Shown here: positions 12,913 through 23,897 of the stretch, piece by piece | Layout of the letters: every line of letters begins with the position of its first letter | Numbering within the stretch: position 1 is the first letter of the stretch | Assembly: GCA_965603825.1 (NCBI GenBank) | Contig: CBFDEM010000055.1 | Coordinates: 310,001-374,000 of the forward strand | Direction: 5' to 3' | DNA from: Blepharisma stoltei ATCC 30299 | Taxonomy: Eukaryota; Protista; Ciliophora | DNA length: 64,000 nucleotides | Translations under genes and position numbers: made by a program | Notes under the pieces: model-generated | The model's database searches: none | What the model saw: only the letters and a program-made list of their open reading frames with translations | Told to the model about the DNA's origin: nothing

Positions 12913-14502
12913 ATGGAACCAATAAATTGCCCAATTTGCTTTCATGAATTTAACACAGAATCCTGCATCCCCCTCGTTCTCTATTGTGGTCATTCATTTT
13001 GCCAAAAATGCACCTCAACAATTGACCGAAGAATGGGTGCTCTCTACTGTCCTCTCTGCAGAAGTAAGGACTACCGAGAAGTATCTCAAATAAATAAAAA
13101 TTATGCATTATCTAAGCTTCAGCCAGACACCAAATATTATTGTTCTACACATCCAGACAGAGACGCTCTATATTTTTGTCTCACTGATGATTCAATTTTA
13201 TGCTGTCGATGTGTGACTTTGCATAAAATGCATGATTTTTATGATATAAATGACCCAATAATTATTAATCAAGCTGATGAAAATTTTAAATTAATAAGAA
13301 AAAGAGCTGAAAATGAGCTTAACCAGGCCCAAACAGAAAGACAAGAATCAGTCAGGATTTTTGATGACTTAAAAAAGAAAAAAGATATTGCATTGGATGA
13401 AATCCATTATTATTTTGACACTATAGTAGACGCATTAAATCATAAAAAGCAGGATTTTGAAAAGAGTCTTAATGGCCCTTATAATAAGATTTTGAAAAGA
13501 ATTCAGAAAAAAATAGAAGAGTGTGATGACATGATAAGTGCAAAATTTAATATTTTGAGAGATATTGAACAATTAAATAAAAAAAGAAAATATTGAAATG
13601 GGATTAAAATGTTAAATGAGACAAAAAATTTTAATTTAGATAATACTGAGCTTTCAGTGGTAGAAAATATTAAAAATATTGAAGAAGATTATGTGAAATT
13701 GAGCTATCAAACAGAAATTGATATAAATTGTATATTAGAGTCTATCAAAAATATAAATCCTAACGAAAAAGAGTCAGAAGAATTAATCAATTGATCTCCA
13801 GCACCAGTGAAGAAAATAGAAGAAGTAATCAGCAGTTCTGGACAAGCAAAATTAATTGATAAATTATCAGGTCAAGGCTTTATAAAAAGCAGCAAAGTAA
13901 AATCAATTTTAAAAGCAGTTGATAGAAAAGACTTTATCCCATCAGAAAATCCAGCTTATGATGACCATCCTCAGAAAATAGGTTTTAATACCACAATTTC
14001 AGCTCCGCATATTCATGCAATATCATTAGAGCTCCTTGAAAAATGGCTGATACCAGGGGCAAGTGTTCTAGATATAGGCTGCGGTAGTGGTTATTTGACT
14101 ATATGCTTCGCAAAAATGATTGAAAAAGGGAAAGTATTTGGCATAGATCATATTGAAGAAATTTTAAATCAAGCCGTTGAGAATTCTAATAAATCGAATT
14201 ATTATTTAAATCAATCACCTGAGCTAGAGGTGAAATTTGCGAAAAGAGATGGAAAATCAGGCTTAATAGAGTTTGCGCCATATAACGTAATTCATATTGG
14301 GGCTGCTACAACTGAAATTCCTGAAGAATTAATTAGGCAGCTTGCTCCAGGAGGGGCTTTACTAGCTCCTGTTGGCCCATTAACCGGTGCTCAGCGTATT
14401 ACTTTATTAACTAAAAGCCTAGATTCAAGTTTAGACATCAAATCATTAACAACTGTGAATTACGCCCCGCTTACAGATCGAGAAAAGCAATGTCCACTTT
14501 AG
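12913..14502 (+). CDS. RING-B-box-coiled-coil (TRIM-like) protein fused to protein-L-isoaspartate O-methyltransferase (529 aa)
   Basis: ORFs 12913, 13609 and 13807 share one frame, separated only by TGA (13594, 13792). RING CPIC...CGHSFCQKC...CPLCR; B-box CSTH...FCLTD...CCRC...HKMH; PIMT TISAPHIH, LDIGCGSG, GIDH, APYNVIHIGAA, LAPGG, YAPLTDREKQ. Confidence 0.88.
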
Positions 14503-14572
14503 CAGTTTAAAGTTAAAACTTGCTTCATTTACTTATAATTAATTTTAAAGACTAAGTTTTTAAAGTCAAGGC

Positions 14573-15037
14573 TTAAAATAATTTCTTTGGCTGTCTAGGA
14601 ATTTTGTCAAGACTTTCCTTGATTTTTTGCATTCTTGCCGCAAACTCATAGTCCTTGAACGATTCATCAGTGACATGCATATCTGAAACTCTTCCTGCCT
14701 TGAAGAACAACTCTCTGAAGCACTCTTCGTCACTGATTTTATGTGAATATCCTCTTATAATTTCATTAATCGAATAAGGCTGTCTGCAGCTCTTAACCAA
14801 ATCATAGTGAGCATGCGGAGGACCATCATAAATAATCTGAATATATCGGCCAATCTGATGTCTAGTTTCATTCTTTTTAAGAGTTTTCCCCATAATTCGA
14901 TCACCTAAGTTTTGAACGTCACGAAACTTCATGTGAGGATACTTTTCAAGCATATTTTCTATGATGGTCTTGATTGCGACAACTGTATTTTGTGCTGGAC
15001 CTGCTCTTGCTATTAAAATTGCCTGATAGATTGGCAT
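14573..15037 (-). CDS. Mitochondrial ribosomal protein bS6m-like
   Basis: MPIYQAILIAR...NLGDRIMGKTLKK...GRY pattern of the S6 family. Confidence 0.7.
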   Translation of the reverse strand: MPIYQAILIARAGPAQNTVVAIKTIIENMLEKYPHMKFRDVQNLGDRIMGKTLKKNETRHQIGRYIQIIYDGPPHAHYDLVKSCRQPYSINEIIRGYSHKISDEECFRELFFKAGRVSDMHVTDESFKDYEFAARMQKIKESLDKIPRQPKKLF

Positions 15038-15144
15038 TTTTATAATGTTAAAATTGTGATATTTATTCAGAGATTTTAATTATTCGCAAAAAAATCAAGA
15101 AATCCGAAGAAATTTCCTAAAAATAAATTATTACGAAATTAAAT

Positions 15145-16803
15145 ATGCTGTGACGGATTTTGAGTAGATCGTTTAGCAAATTTGAAAAGTGAAAAAAAGC
15201 AGCTGATGCTGAATTGAAACTAAAAGACTCTTGAAAGAAATTTTTATGAAATACTAATGAAGGAATTGCAATACGTCCAGTTTATTTTGCTGAGGATGCC
15301 ATCAAAATTCCAGATGTCCCAGGAGAATTTCCATTCATGCGAGGCCCATCTAGTACTATGTACACTCATAAGCCTTGAACAATTCGCCAGCCTTCAGTTT
15401 TTAATACAATAGAAGAAAGCAACGCATTTTACAAAGCAAGTATAGCTGCTGGCCAACAAGTTTTGAATGTTTACTTTGATTTAGCAACTAATAGAGGCTA
15501 TGATTCAGATAATCCTATAGTAAAATATGACGTTGGGAGAAATGGTGTGCCTATTGACACAGTAGATGACATGAGAGAACTTTTCAATGGAATTCCTCTC
15601 GCTAATATTAATGTCAATATAGCCATTAATGGTGCTGCTCTCCCTATTATGGCAATGTTTATTGTGACTGCAGGAGAACAGTGCGCACTTTTAAAAAGAC
15701 TTCAAGGTACCATAGAAAATGATATTCTTAAAGAATTTTTAGGAAAAAATAGCTTTATTTATCCACCTGGGTCTTCCATGAAAATTGTTTCTGATATTAT
15801 TAGTTATATAGCTCAGCATTTACCTAAATATAACCCAATTTCTATATCCGGGTATCATATGAAAGAAGCAGGGGCTGGCAATAAATTGGAGCTAGCTTTT
15901 ACATTAGCAAATGGCTTGGAATATATTAGGTATGCATGCAATGCAGGCCTGACTGTTGATCAAATAGCCCCTCGCTTAAATTTTTTCTTTGGAGTTGGTA
16001 TGGACTTTTATATGGAAATTGCTAAACTTAGAGCAGCCAGATTTTTATGGGCGGAATTATTAAAAGAAAAATTTGACCCAAAAAATACAAAATCTCTAGC
16101 TTTAAGAGCCAATTGCCAGACTTCTATGTCGAGCATTACAGCGCATGATCCTTTAAATAATATTGTAAGAACTGCTATTGAAGCTACAGCATCAGTGCTT
16201 GGTGGCACACAATCATTATATACTCATGGATATGATGAAGCTGTTGGAGGTCCAACAGAAAATTCAGCAAGAATTGCGAAAAATACACAAAGTATTCTGC
16301 AGGAGGAAACTGGGATAACAAAAGTGGCTGACCCCTGGGGAGGATCTTATTTTATGGAAAATTTAACAAAGGAGTTAGCAGATGCTGCTTTAGGAGTGAT
16401 TAATGAGATTGAAAGCTTAGGAGGCATGACAAAAGCTATTGAAAGCGGTATAGCAAGAAAAATGATTTTGGAAGATGCTGCAAGAAGAAGGGCAAAAATT
16501 GACTCTGGGGAAGAAACCATAGTAGGAGTTAACAAATATAAAGTCAAGGATGAAGAGAAAATGGAAGCTCAAAATATTGATTATACACATATAAGAGAAG
16601 AGCAAATACGTAAAATAAATCAATTGAAAGCTACTAGAGACAATTCTAAAGTGGCTGATGCTTTAGATAATCTAAGAATCGCAGCGAAGACAGGTCAAGG
16701 AAATTTATTAGAGCTTGCAATTGAAGCAGCTAGAGCTCGAGCTACCCTTGGAGAAGTATCAAAAGCTTTAGAAGATGTTTATGGAAGATATTCATTAGAA
16801 TAG
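15145..16803 (+). CDS. Methylmalonyl-CoA mutase-like protein, substrate barrel only, no cobalamin-binding domain (552 aa)
   Basis: ATG 15145 in frame, followed by a mitochondrial-type leader; TGA codons read as W including KP-W-TIRQ; FDLATNRGYDSD, NDILKE, ISISGYHM, ADPWGGSY; TAG at 16801 with no DxHxxG domain. Confidence 0.9.
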
Positions 16804-16840
16804 CACACATTGAAAAATAAATTATAATCTATATACTCAT

Positions 16841-18508
16841 TTATTTATTACGCGTTAACTCAAACAATTGAAATTTCTCGTTCTTTAATCGATCATTTTC
16901 AAGTTTAAGCTCAATAACTTGTCGCTTTAAGATGCCTTCTGTTGCGCTATCAGTTTCATGTTTTCCTTGGATTAAATCAATGCTTTCTTTCATAATTCTG
17001 CACTGATTAGAAAGCTCTATGTTATCTTTATACGATTTTTGTTGAGTTTCCTTTAAAATGTGTTTTAAATGCGCCACTTCTAAGTCTCTCTGCTCGATTT
17101 CTTTTATTAACCCTGCTTCTTTGGATTCATGCTGCTCTATAATACTTTCTAGCTCTGTCAGAATATCTACATCTTCTTGTGGTAGTCCTTTTTTGCTTAT
17201 ATGGGCACAATCAGTATAAAATCCTATAGACGGTTTCGAGCTCCCAAATAAATTGAATTTATGATTAGCAGGGTCTTTCAGCTCTTTTATTGAATTTATG
17301 CCTTTTCTTAATAAATCTCATTGCTGCTCTGTTTTTAATGAATGCTCTTTCATCTGTGTTTTAGCGTAATCCAATTTTTCAATATATTCAAATACATAAT
17401 TCACGGTTTCTGAATATTTGTCTTTTATTTTTGCAATGACTTCAGCTTTTGGGTTTAATTCTTCTCGGAATTTCGACTCAAGCTCTTCGAGAATTCCTCC
17501 AATTAATTCCAGTTTTGGGCGTAATAAGCATTCGACGATTTCTGTTTCATAATTTTTGAAAGCTTTTTCTATAGAAGTCTGCATGTTGCCTTCATATTTA
17601 TTGTATGATTTTTCTTCAAGTGAGCTTAAATAGATTTGGATGTTTTCTATGCAGGCGTCTAGCCCAGGTTTTAATTCGTCAGAAAAGCTATCTTCTGTTT
17701 GTGTTGGATAAGACTCTTTTTTCTTGATATTTCCATATTTGTCTTGTGTAGTTTTTAGTTTGTGAAAAAATTCTTTAAGCACGGGGGATGCTTGTCGGGG
17801 TTTTAAAGTTTCTCTGGTTTCTTCAGCTGTGGGGAGAGATAATAAATTATCTTTTCTAGATGTCTTTGTAACTCTAGAAATGGTATTTTTCCTGAGTGTG
17901 CTTATTGTCTCATGAACTTCTCCTAAAGAGTTTTTTTCCATTTTCTGGTCATTGATTTTAAACATAGGATGGGAATACCCAGAAAATCTTTTAAAAAGTC
18001 TTTGTTTGCCTTGTTTAGGAGTTAAGCTATTCTTTGGAGAAGATTCATAAGATCCATAACTTGTATATGTTTTCAATGGGTCTCTCGAAATATCTTTAAG
18101 TCTCTTTTGTGAACTTGAATGTGAAGAGCAGCCTAATTCACTCCTGTTTCATTCAAGCTCAAAAACTGTATAAAGCGAGGGATGCTTAGACCAATTCGGA
18201 AAAATATTTGTCAGAAATTCTAAAAATTTTCTCATACAAATTATCCTAGGCATATTGCCAAGCTTTTTTCATTCTTCTTCTCATTTTCTCTTACTTGATG
18301 TATTATAACCTTGCAAATCAGGTAAAAGGACACCTGGGATCCAAGGACCATAAGTTGCCTGCATGTGAAAAGCTCCAAGGATCATTCTTTGAGTTTCATT
18401 AATTGATAGAGATTTTTCTTGAGATAAAAAAAATTGAGCTGCCATAAATTGTTTTGTGATATCCCAATTTCCAAATGTGGGAGAACTTGATATCATGGAA
18501 AGTAGCAT
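16841..18508 (-). CDS. ACBP-like N-terminal domain plus coiled-coil protein
   Basis: Three ORFs join in frame through TGA; N-terminus FMAAQFF...MQATYGPW...KRK-W-RRMKKLGNM...MRKFLEFL...PNW resembles acyl-CoA-binding domains. Confidence 0.65.
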
Positions 18509-18944
18509 TGAAATGGTAAAATTATAATTTAAAATGGTAAAGGGTCGATGATTTTCCACATCAAAAAAATTGATAATAATTTATATTTCAATAAAATAAA
18601 TTAATAGGCCGAATGCACTTTATAAAATGAATTACATAAAAAATAACTTTGAGATCCACCATTGTTGAAAATTTATAAATAAGCTTTCTTCTCAGAAACC
18701 TTTCATTAAAGAGATCAGCTATTTCCTAAAAATCAAAAATTTATAGTGATAGAAGCAAAAAAAACTTTATTTAATAAATTGCCAACATTCTGAAAATTTA
18801 AATGCATTAATATTGCATTTACTTCATCTTAGTTGTCACTTAAACATTTTACCTCAAAATTCATTACGATTCATAATTAATCATCCTTTTATCTTTTTAA
18901 TCTTGACTATACGTTTTGCAAAACTTGTTATATAAATAATTTAA

Positions 18945-19325
18945 ATGCCCACTGGCAAATCTACCAGCAAACCACCCAAGAAAGCAGACGATTCAACATA
19001 TATTGATAGAGATAAAAACTATCGTTTAAGAACCCCTAACTCAGACCTCAGCATCGTCACAGTGCAAGCTGCTAATGATGATATTGAGAAAGATGAATTA
19101 AAACAAACTGTTCTCGAACTAAAAGAACAGGTCAGCCGTTTACAGCAAGAATGTCAAATATATAAAGCCAAAGCACAAGCTGCAAGGCCTGAATTAAAGA
19201 AGTTGAATATATATAAAACTGTTTGTGATTTCAAGACAGGATCTTTTTTGAGAATCAATAATGGGGAGAGAAACTCCAGAAGAACAAGGAGCACATGCAC
19301 TTCTCCTAAGATGGTTTATACTTAA
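18945..19325 (+). CDS. Small coiled-coil hypothetical protein
   Basis: 126-aa ORF after an AT-rich spacer, with a heptad segment LKQTVLELKEQVSRLQQE; 3' end uncertain. Confidence 0.55.
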   Translation: MPTGKSTSKPPKKADDSTYIDRDKNYRLRTPNSDLSIVTVQAANDDIEKDELKQTVLELKEQVSRLQQECQIYKAKAQAARPELKKLNIYKTVCDFKTGSFLRINNGERNSRRTRSTCTSPKMVYT

Positions 19326-19564
19326 TTTATGCAAGCAATTTAATTTAATTATATAGAAACCTTCTAAATTCAATGATAAAATTTATATTGAAACAGAATG
19401 GTGTTAGGCTGCATATTAAAAAAATGAGTTATGATAATTATTTATTGAGATTAAAAATGATTTAGAATGTAAAGAGTGTTTGGGATGCTTATTAGAATGA
19501 ATTAATTATAAATATTCAGCAATAAATTGTGTAATATTTTATTTGCATTAAAATGATAACAAAC

Positions 19565-20323
19565 TTAGCGATGAGTTTTGGGTTTGACAAGATTTTGATT
19601 TGTTTTCAATTTCGCAACTTGAACTGCTAGCTCTTTTTGTCTAAATCTTGGTATTCTTGAGATTTTAATCTGATTTTCGCTAACACAGCTGGAAGTAGAG
19701 CACATTGACCCTCTTCTGGAATTTGAAGTTCTAATAGATGGTTGCACAAATACATTTAATCCTATTGGAACATATGAAAACAGCTCTTTGGATTTTTCTA
19801 TATTTCCTTTTTCGCTCAGCTTGAATTCGCTTTCTGTTTGGCAAGATACGCTAGCTTCATTTTTATTTTCTTTTAGATTTTCTATTTGTTGAAAAGCTGC
19901 TTTTAATTGTGATTTTAATTCATCAATTTCTTTTGCTCGTTTTTCGTTTCACTTTTTTAATAGTTCATAATGCACTAACTGGGATCTTGATATAAAATTT
20001 TGGAAATGAGAATTTGAGATTCCTGTTGAAATTTCACAGAGAAGCTTAAATAGCATTTCTCTTAATTTGATTCTGTCTTCATTTACAAAATAAAGTAAAT
20101 GAAGCATTTCATTGTAATCATCTACAAGCTTTTTGTCAGTCTCTAAAGAGAGCTTAACGTTTAATTTTGTGTCAGTGTTATTGTGTGGAATTAAAGGGCA
20201 AGGGATTAAATGAGAGAGTTCAGAAAAATTCTCTTCAATGGAGCAGTTGTTTAGCAGGCAGCCAAGACGTCTGACTATTGTTTCATCTATCTGCAGTGAC
20301 TCTTTATAAATAATTTCCATCAT
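19565..20323 (-). CDS. Hypothetical coiled-coil protein
   Basis: ORFs 19949..20323 and 19565..19747 join in frame through TGA at 19949. Confidence 0.65.
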
Positions 20324-20846
20324 TTTTTATGATAGATGCAATCAGAATGTTCTTGCCAGTAAAAAAAGAAGATTAGAAAAATTAATTTAATATATAAACA
20401 TCAAAATATGACTTTTTAATTGCTTGCCAGCTGCTAATTTGAGTCCTAATTTCATCAATTAATTTTACTAGCTTTATTTAGAAAAATGCTTAAAATTCTT
20501 TAAATAAATAGCATTATAATAAATGTATTCTAATGAAGTTTTTACACTAAAAATACAGTAGATATAATAATAATTCATTGCAGCATTAGTCTTTTCGATT
20601 CATATTAGTCTCATTTTATATAATTTGCAATCAATACCGATTTTTTCAGTTTTACACAAATCAGCAGGATTTATTACTTTTAAGAAATAAGTTAGTTATA
20701 AGCAAGTTGATGTAAAGTCTAAACATCCAACAACCAAGAAAACTCTAGAATAAAGTTATTGCTGCACCAAGCAGCTCTCCTGAGCATGAGTCTTCATATT
20801 ATAGCATATAAAATGTCAATATGTAAAAGGTATATAAAAAAAAATT

Positions 20847-21953
20847 ATGGATAACTTAAGGTCTGATTTAATAAGAGAAATTTTAGAATATCTTGATCCC
20901 CATTCCATGATGCAGGTTGCTTGGACCTGCAGTAGACTACACCAAATGGTATGATTACAGACTCCAAAACCTTATCCCCGATGTCATTCAGGCCCCTATT
21001 ACTTTTTCAATATTCCTGAACTTTGTGCAAAACTCTATACAAAAATGAATTTCGCTGGGAAAAGAAACCAATTTTATTCGGACTGTGTTCATGCTTTAAA
21101 CAATTTGAGACCAATTATAAAGAAAGGTATAATTAGTTCAAGCCAAGGCCAAGACGACCAAGGAATTGAAAATACTTTGAATTACGAAGAAGACAGAAAT
21201 ATGCGCTTCTGAAGTTCAGCAGGATCAGAAACAACTGATGCTAATGAATTTTTAATTTATGAGCTTATAGACACCTCTATTGTAGCTTCAGTTCATTTTA
21301 TGTTCAATTTTGAAGCATTACAATATTCGTTATATGATGAGGCTGTTCAATATCCGCCTCAAAAAATTCAGATAAAGATAGGAAATAGTGATAGTAATTA
21401 TCATTATTCATCAGAAATATATGATGTAAAACCGAAATCTTCATATTTAACTGTGTTGGTTTTGCCTGAACTTGTAATTGGTAAATATATTAAGTTGGAG
21501 TTAATTGGAAAGGTAGGCTGTCTATTTAAAGCTCAAAAATATTTTACAGTGTTAAGCTATGTTCTATGTATTGGGTATCCCTTGAAGAGTTTTCCTGAGG
21601 AAAGCCCATTAAAAGCTTTAAGCACTACAAGTGAAGAAATAGCAGATATCAGCAAAATCGATTCTGAATATATAAGCACTTATGCAATGCGAAAGCCTGC
21701 AGATCCTTTTATTGCTTATAAGCTTATGGAAAAGAACTTACTTTATCAGTTTATTGATGAAGCAATAAAAGGAAGAATATTAAATACAGTTGAAAGCTAC
21801 TTTTATGTTAAAAAAGCTATAGAAAATAAAGCAAAATTTGATATCGATAAAATAAACCCCAATACACTTACAGCATATTTATTAGATGAAAATGGCTTTT
21901 CTCAAGAAGCTTACTCTCTATGGTTCAAAATAATGTTGTGGTGCTATCCTTAA
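20847..21953 (+). CDS. F-box protein with galactose-binding-like beta-sandwich (At4g00755-like), copy 1, C-terminally shortened
   Basis: ATG 20847; F-box LRSDLIREILEYLDPHSMMQVAWTC; F-W-SSAGS, LPELVIG, LELIGKV; paralog of 26390..27667. Confidence 0.75.
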
Positions 21954-22042
21954 TAAGACTTTAAGATTGTAAATTAGTTTTTAAAAAGAATTATTAACGT
22001 AGTTATTAATATTATAATCTTAAATAGCACTTTGAGTTATTT

Positions 22043-22062
22043 GGTGAATTAATTAAATAAAA
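22043..22062 (+). promoter_or_regulatory. Conserved 20-nt pre-ATG element of the cathepsin-like genes (also 23878-23897 and 25058-25077)
   Basis: GGTGAATTAATTAAATAAAA is identical immediately before the ATG in all three copies, while sequence further upstream is more diverged. Confidence 0.55.
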
Positions 22063-23127
22063 ATGTTCGAAGAGATATCTCCGAAAACTAATAAAAGCCT
22101 CCTGAAAAACTCTTTTATCGCCCTTTCAGTCATCGGCTCATTATGCTTTGCAGCTTATTTTATCTCATCTGCAAACAGCTCAGCAACTCCAGTAGATTTC
22201 CAATACAATCTCGAGCTTGAAGAATTCAGATCCTTTGTCTCAAGATACAACAAAAATTATAAGACTGAAGAGGAGTATTACCAAAGACTCAGAATTTTCA
22301 GAGATAATCTCAGCTACATTCGCGTTTTTAACTCTCAAGGCCAAACTTGGTATATGGGGATTAATCAATTTTCAGATTTGACTCATGAAGAATTCAGCAC
22401 AGCCCATAAGAAAAAAGTGTCAGTACCAGAACGCTCAATGTCTAATGAAAAACCTGTTGCTGCCGCTTCAAATCTTCAAATTCCAAGTCAAGTAGATTGG
22501 ACTACTAAAGGTTGTGTAACTCCAGTTCAAAATGAAGGAGATTGTGGAAGTCCATATGCATTTTCTGCTGTAGGTGCTATAGAAAGCGCTTGGTGTATTG
22601 CTGGACATCAGCTTGTCCAGTTGTCTGTGCAAGAAATTATCGACTGCTCAGGACCGTTTGGGAACGATGGCTGCAATGGAGGGTGGATGACAAATACTTA
22701 CAATTTTGTGATAAAGAATGGAATCACTAGCCAACAAATTTATCCAACAACTGGAAATCAAGGAAAATGCAACACAGCAAAAGAAAAGCAAGTTGTCGCG
22801 ACTATTTCAGGATATGCAAACGTAACTGCAAATAATGCTACAGCGTTAGAGACTGCTATTGCTATAGGTCCAGTTGCAGTGGCTGTTGATGCAATTGAAG
22901 CGGGTTGGAGGAATTACAAAGGAGGGATTATTAGCAGCAACTGTGGACATAGTATTGATCATGCAGTACTTGCTGTGGGATACAACTTGAATAATTCACC
23001 ACCTTATTACAAGTGCAAAAATTCATGGGGTGCTGATTGGGGAGAAGCTGGATATGTTAGAATTTCGATTGCTGCTGGAGCTGGAACGTGTGGAATTCAA
23101 ATAGATTCGTCATATCCAATAGTTTAA
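22063..23127 (+). CDS. Papain/cathepsin L-like (C1A) protein, catalytic Cys replaced by Pro, copy 1
   Basis: N-terminal hydrophobic segment, I29 prodomain (ERFNIN-like, GINQFSDLT), VDW, NEGDCGSPYAFS, GCNGG, DHAVLAVGY, KNSWG. Confidence 0.92.
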   Translation: MFEEISPKTNKSLLKNSFIALSVIGSLCFAAYFISSANSSATPVDFQYNLELEEFRSFVSRYNKNYKTEEEYYQRLRIFRDNLSYIRVFNSQGQTWYMGINQFSDLTHEEFSTAHKKKVSVPERSMSNEKPVAAASNLQIPSQVDWTTKGCVTPVQNEGDCGSPYAFSAVGAIESAWCIAGHQLVQLSVQEIIDCSGPFGNDGCNGGWMTNTYNFVIKNGITSQQIYPTTGNQGKCNTAKEKQVVATISGYANVTANNATALETAIAIGPVAVAVDAIEAGWRNYKGGIISSNCGHSIDHAVLAVGYNLNNSPPYYKCKNSWGADWGEAGYVRISIAAGAGTCGIQIDSSYPIV

Positions 23128-23897
23128 TCTTTATCTAACGATTAACTTATTTAAATTGTCCTATTGATAAATTAAAATTAATAATCATTTTTTATTTGAA
23201 TATTTAATATGTTCTCTTCAGAAGTAAATTAAGAAATCGATTATATGCAAACATATGTTTTATATTTTAGCTGTTTACAAAGCTTAAATCTTAAGAAATA
23301 TGTCATGCATCTCAACATTATTAGAAGTGTAACATAAAATAATCTAGAATTGATAAATTTGTTAATTCGAGGAGTTTATTATAATAAATGGCTCAAGATT
23401 AACTAGAGTAGCAGACGCGATAAAAATTGAATACAGTTTTTTTATTATTGGCAATGTGCTAAGAATTATTTTCAGATTGAAACATAATAATTTTTCATTT
23501 ACACATTAACTTATTTTATGCTTTAAAAAATAATATATAAATGATGGGCAAACGTCCAAGCTCTCATCATAAACAACAGCACAGGAATATTCAATATCTG
23601 TCCAGGCGGTGAGCATGTACCATAGCTCACTTCCCTTGCATAATCGTCCGTTCAAGAATAATCATCAAAGGATAGAACATAAAAAATTCTATATTAGAGA
23701 AATTTAAAGAAGAGGTCTATTTCAAAACTCTATATAAAATTTTTGAATATATTAGCCCATTTATGATTAAAGCTATAAAATTTGTTTGCTAATCTGATAA
23801 AGATCAAGAGATGCTTAAGATTGAAAATTAGCTTGATAAATAGCGTAATAATTCTTATTTAAGCAGCTTACTCATCTGGTGAATTAATTAAATAAAA

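Noticed and set aside
16801-16840. TAG read as Gln to extend the mutase into a B12-binding domain
   Set aside because: A TAA follows within a few codons and the convergent gene ends at 16841; TAG acts as a stop elsewhere in the window
19314-19356. Possible 43-nt GT-AG intron adding a KPSKFNDKIYIETEWC exon
   Set aside because: Length and donor differ from the 15-nt GTAA class, and there is no homology support; needs RNA-seq
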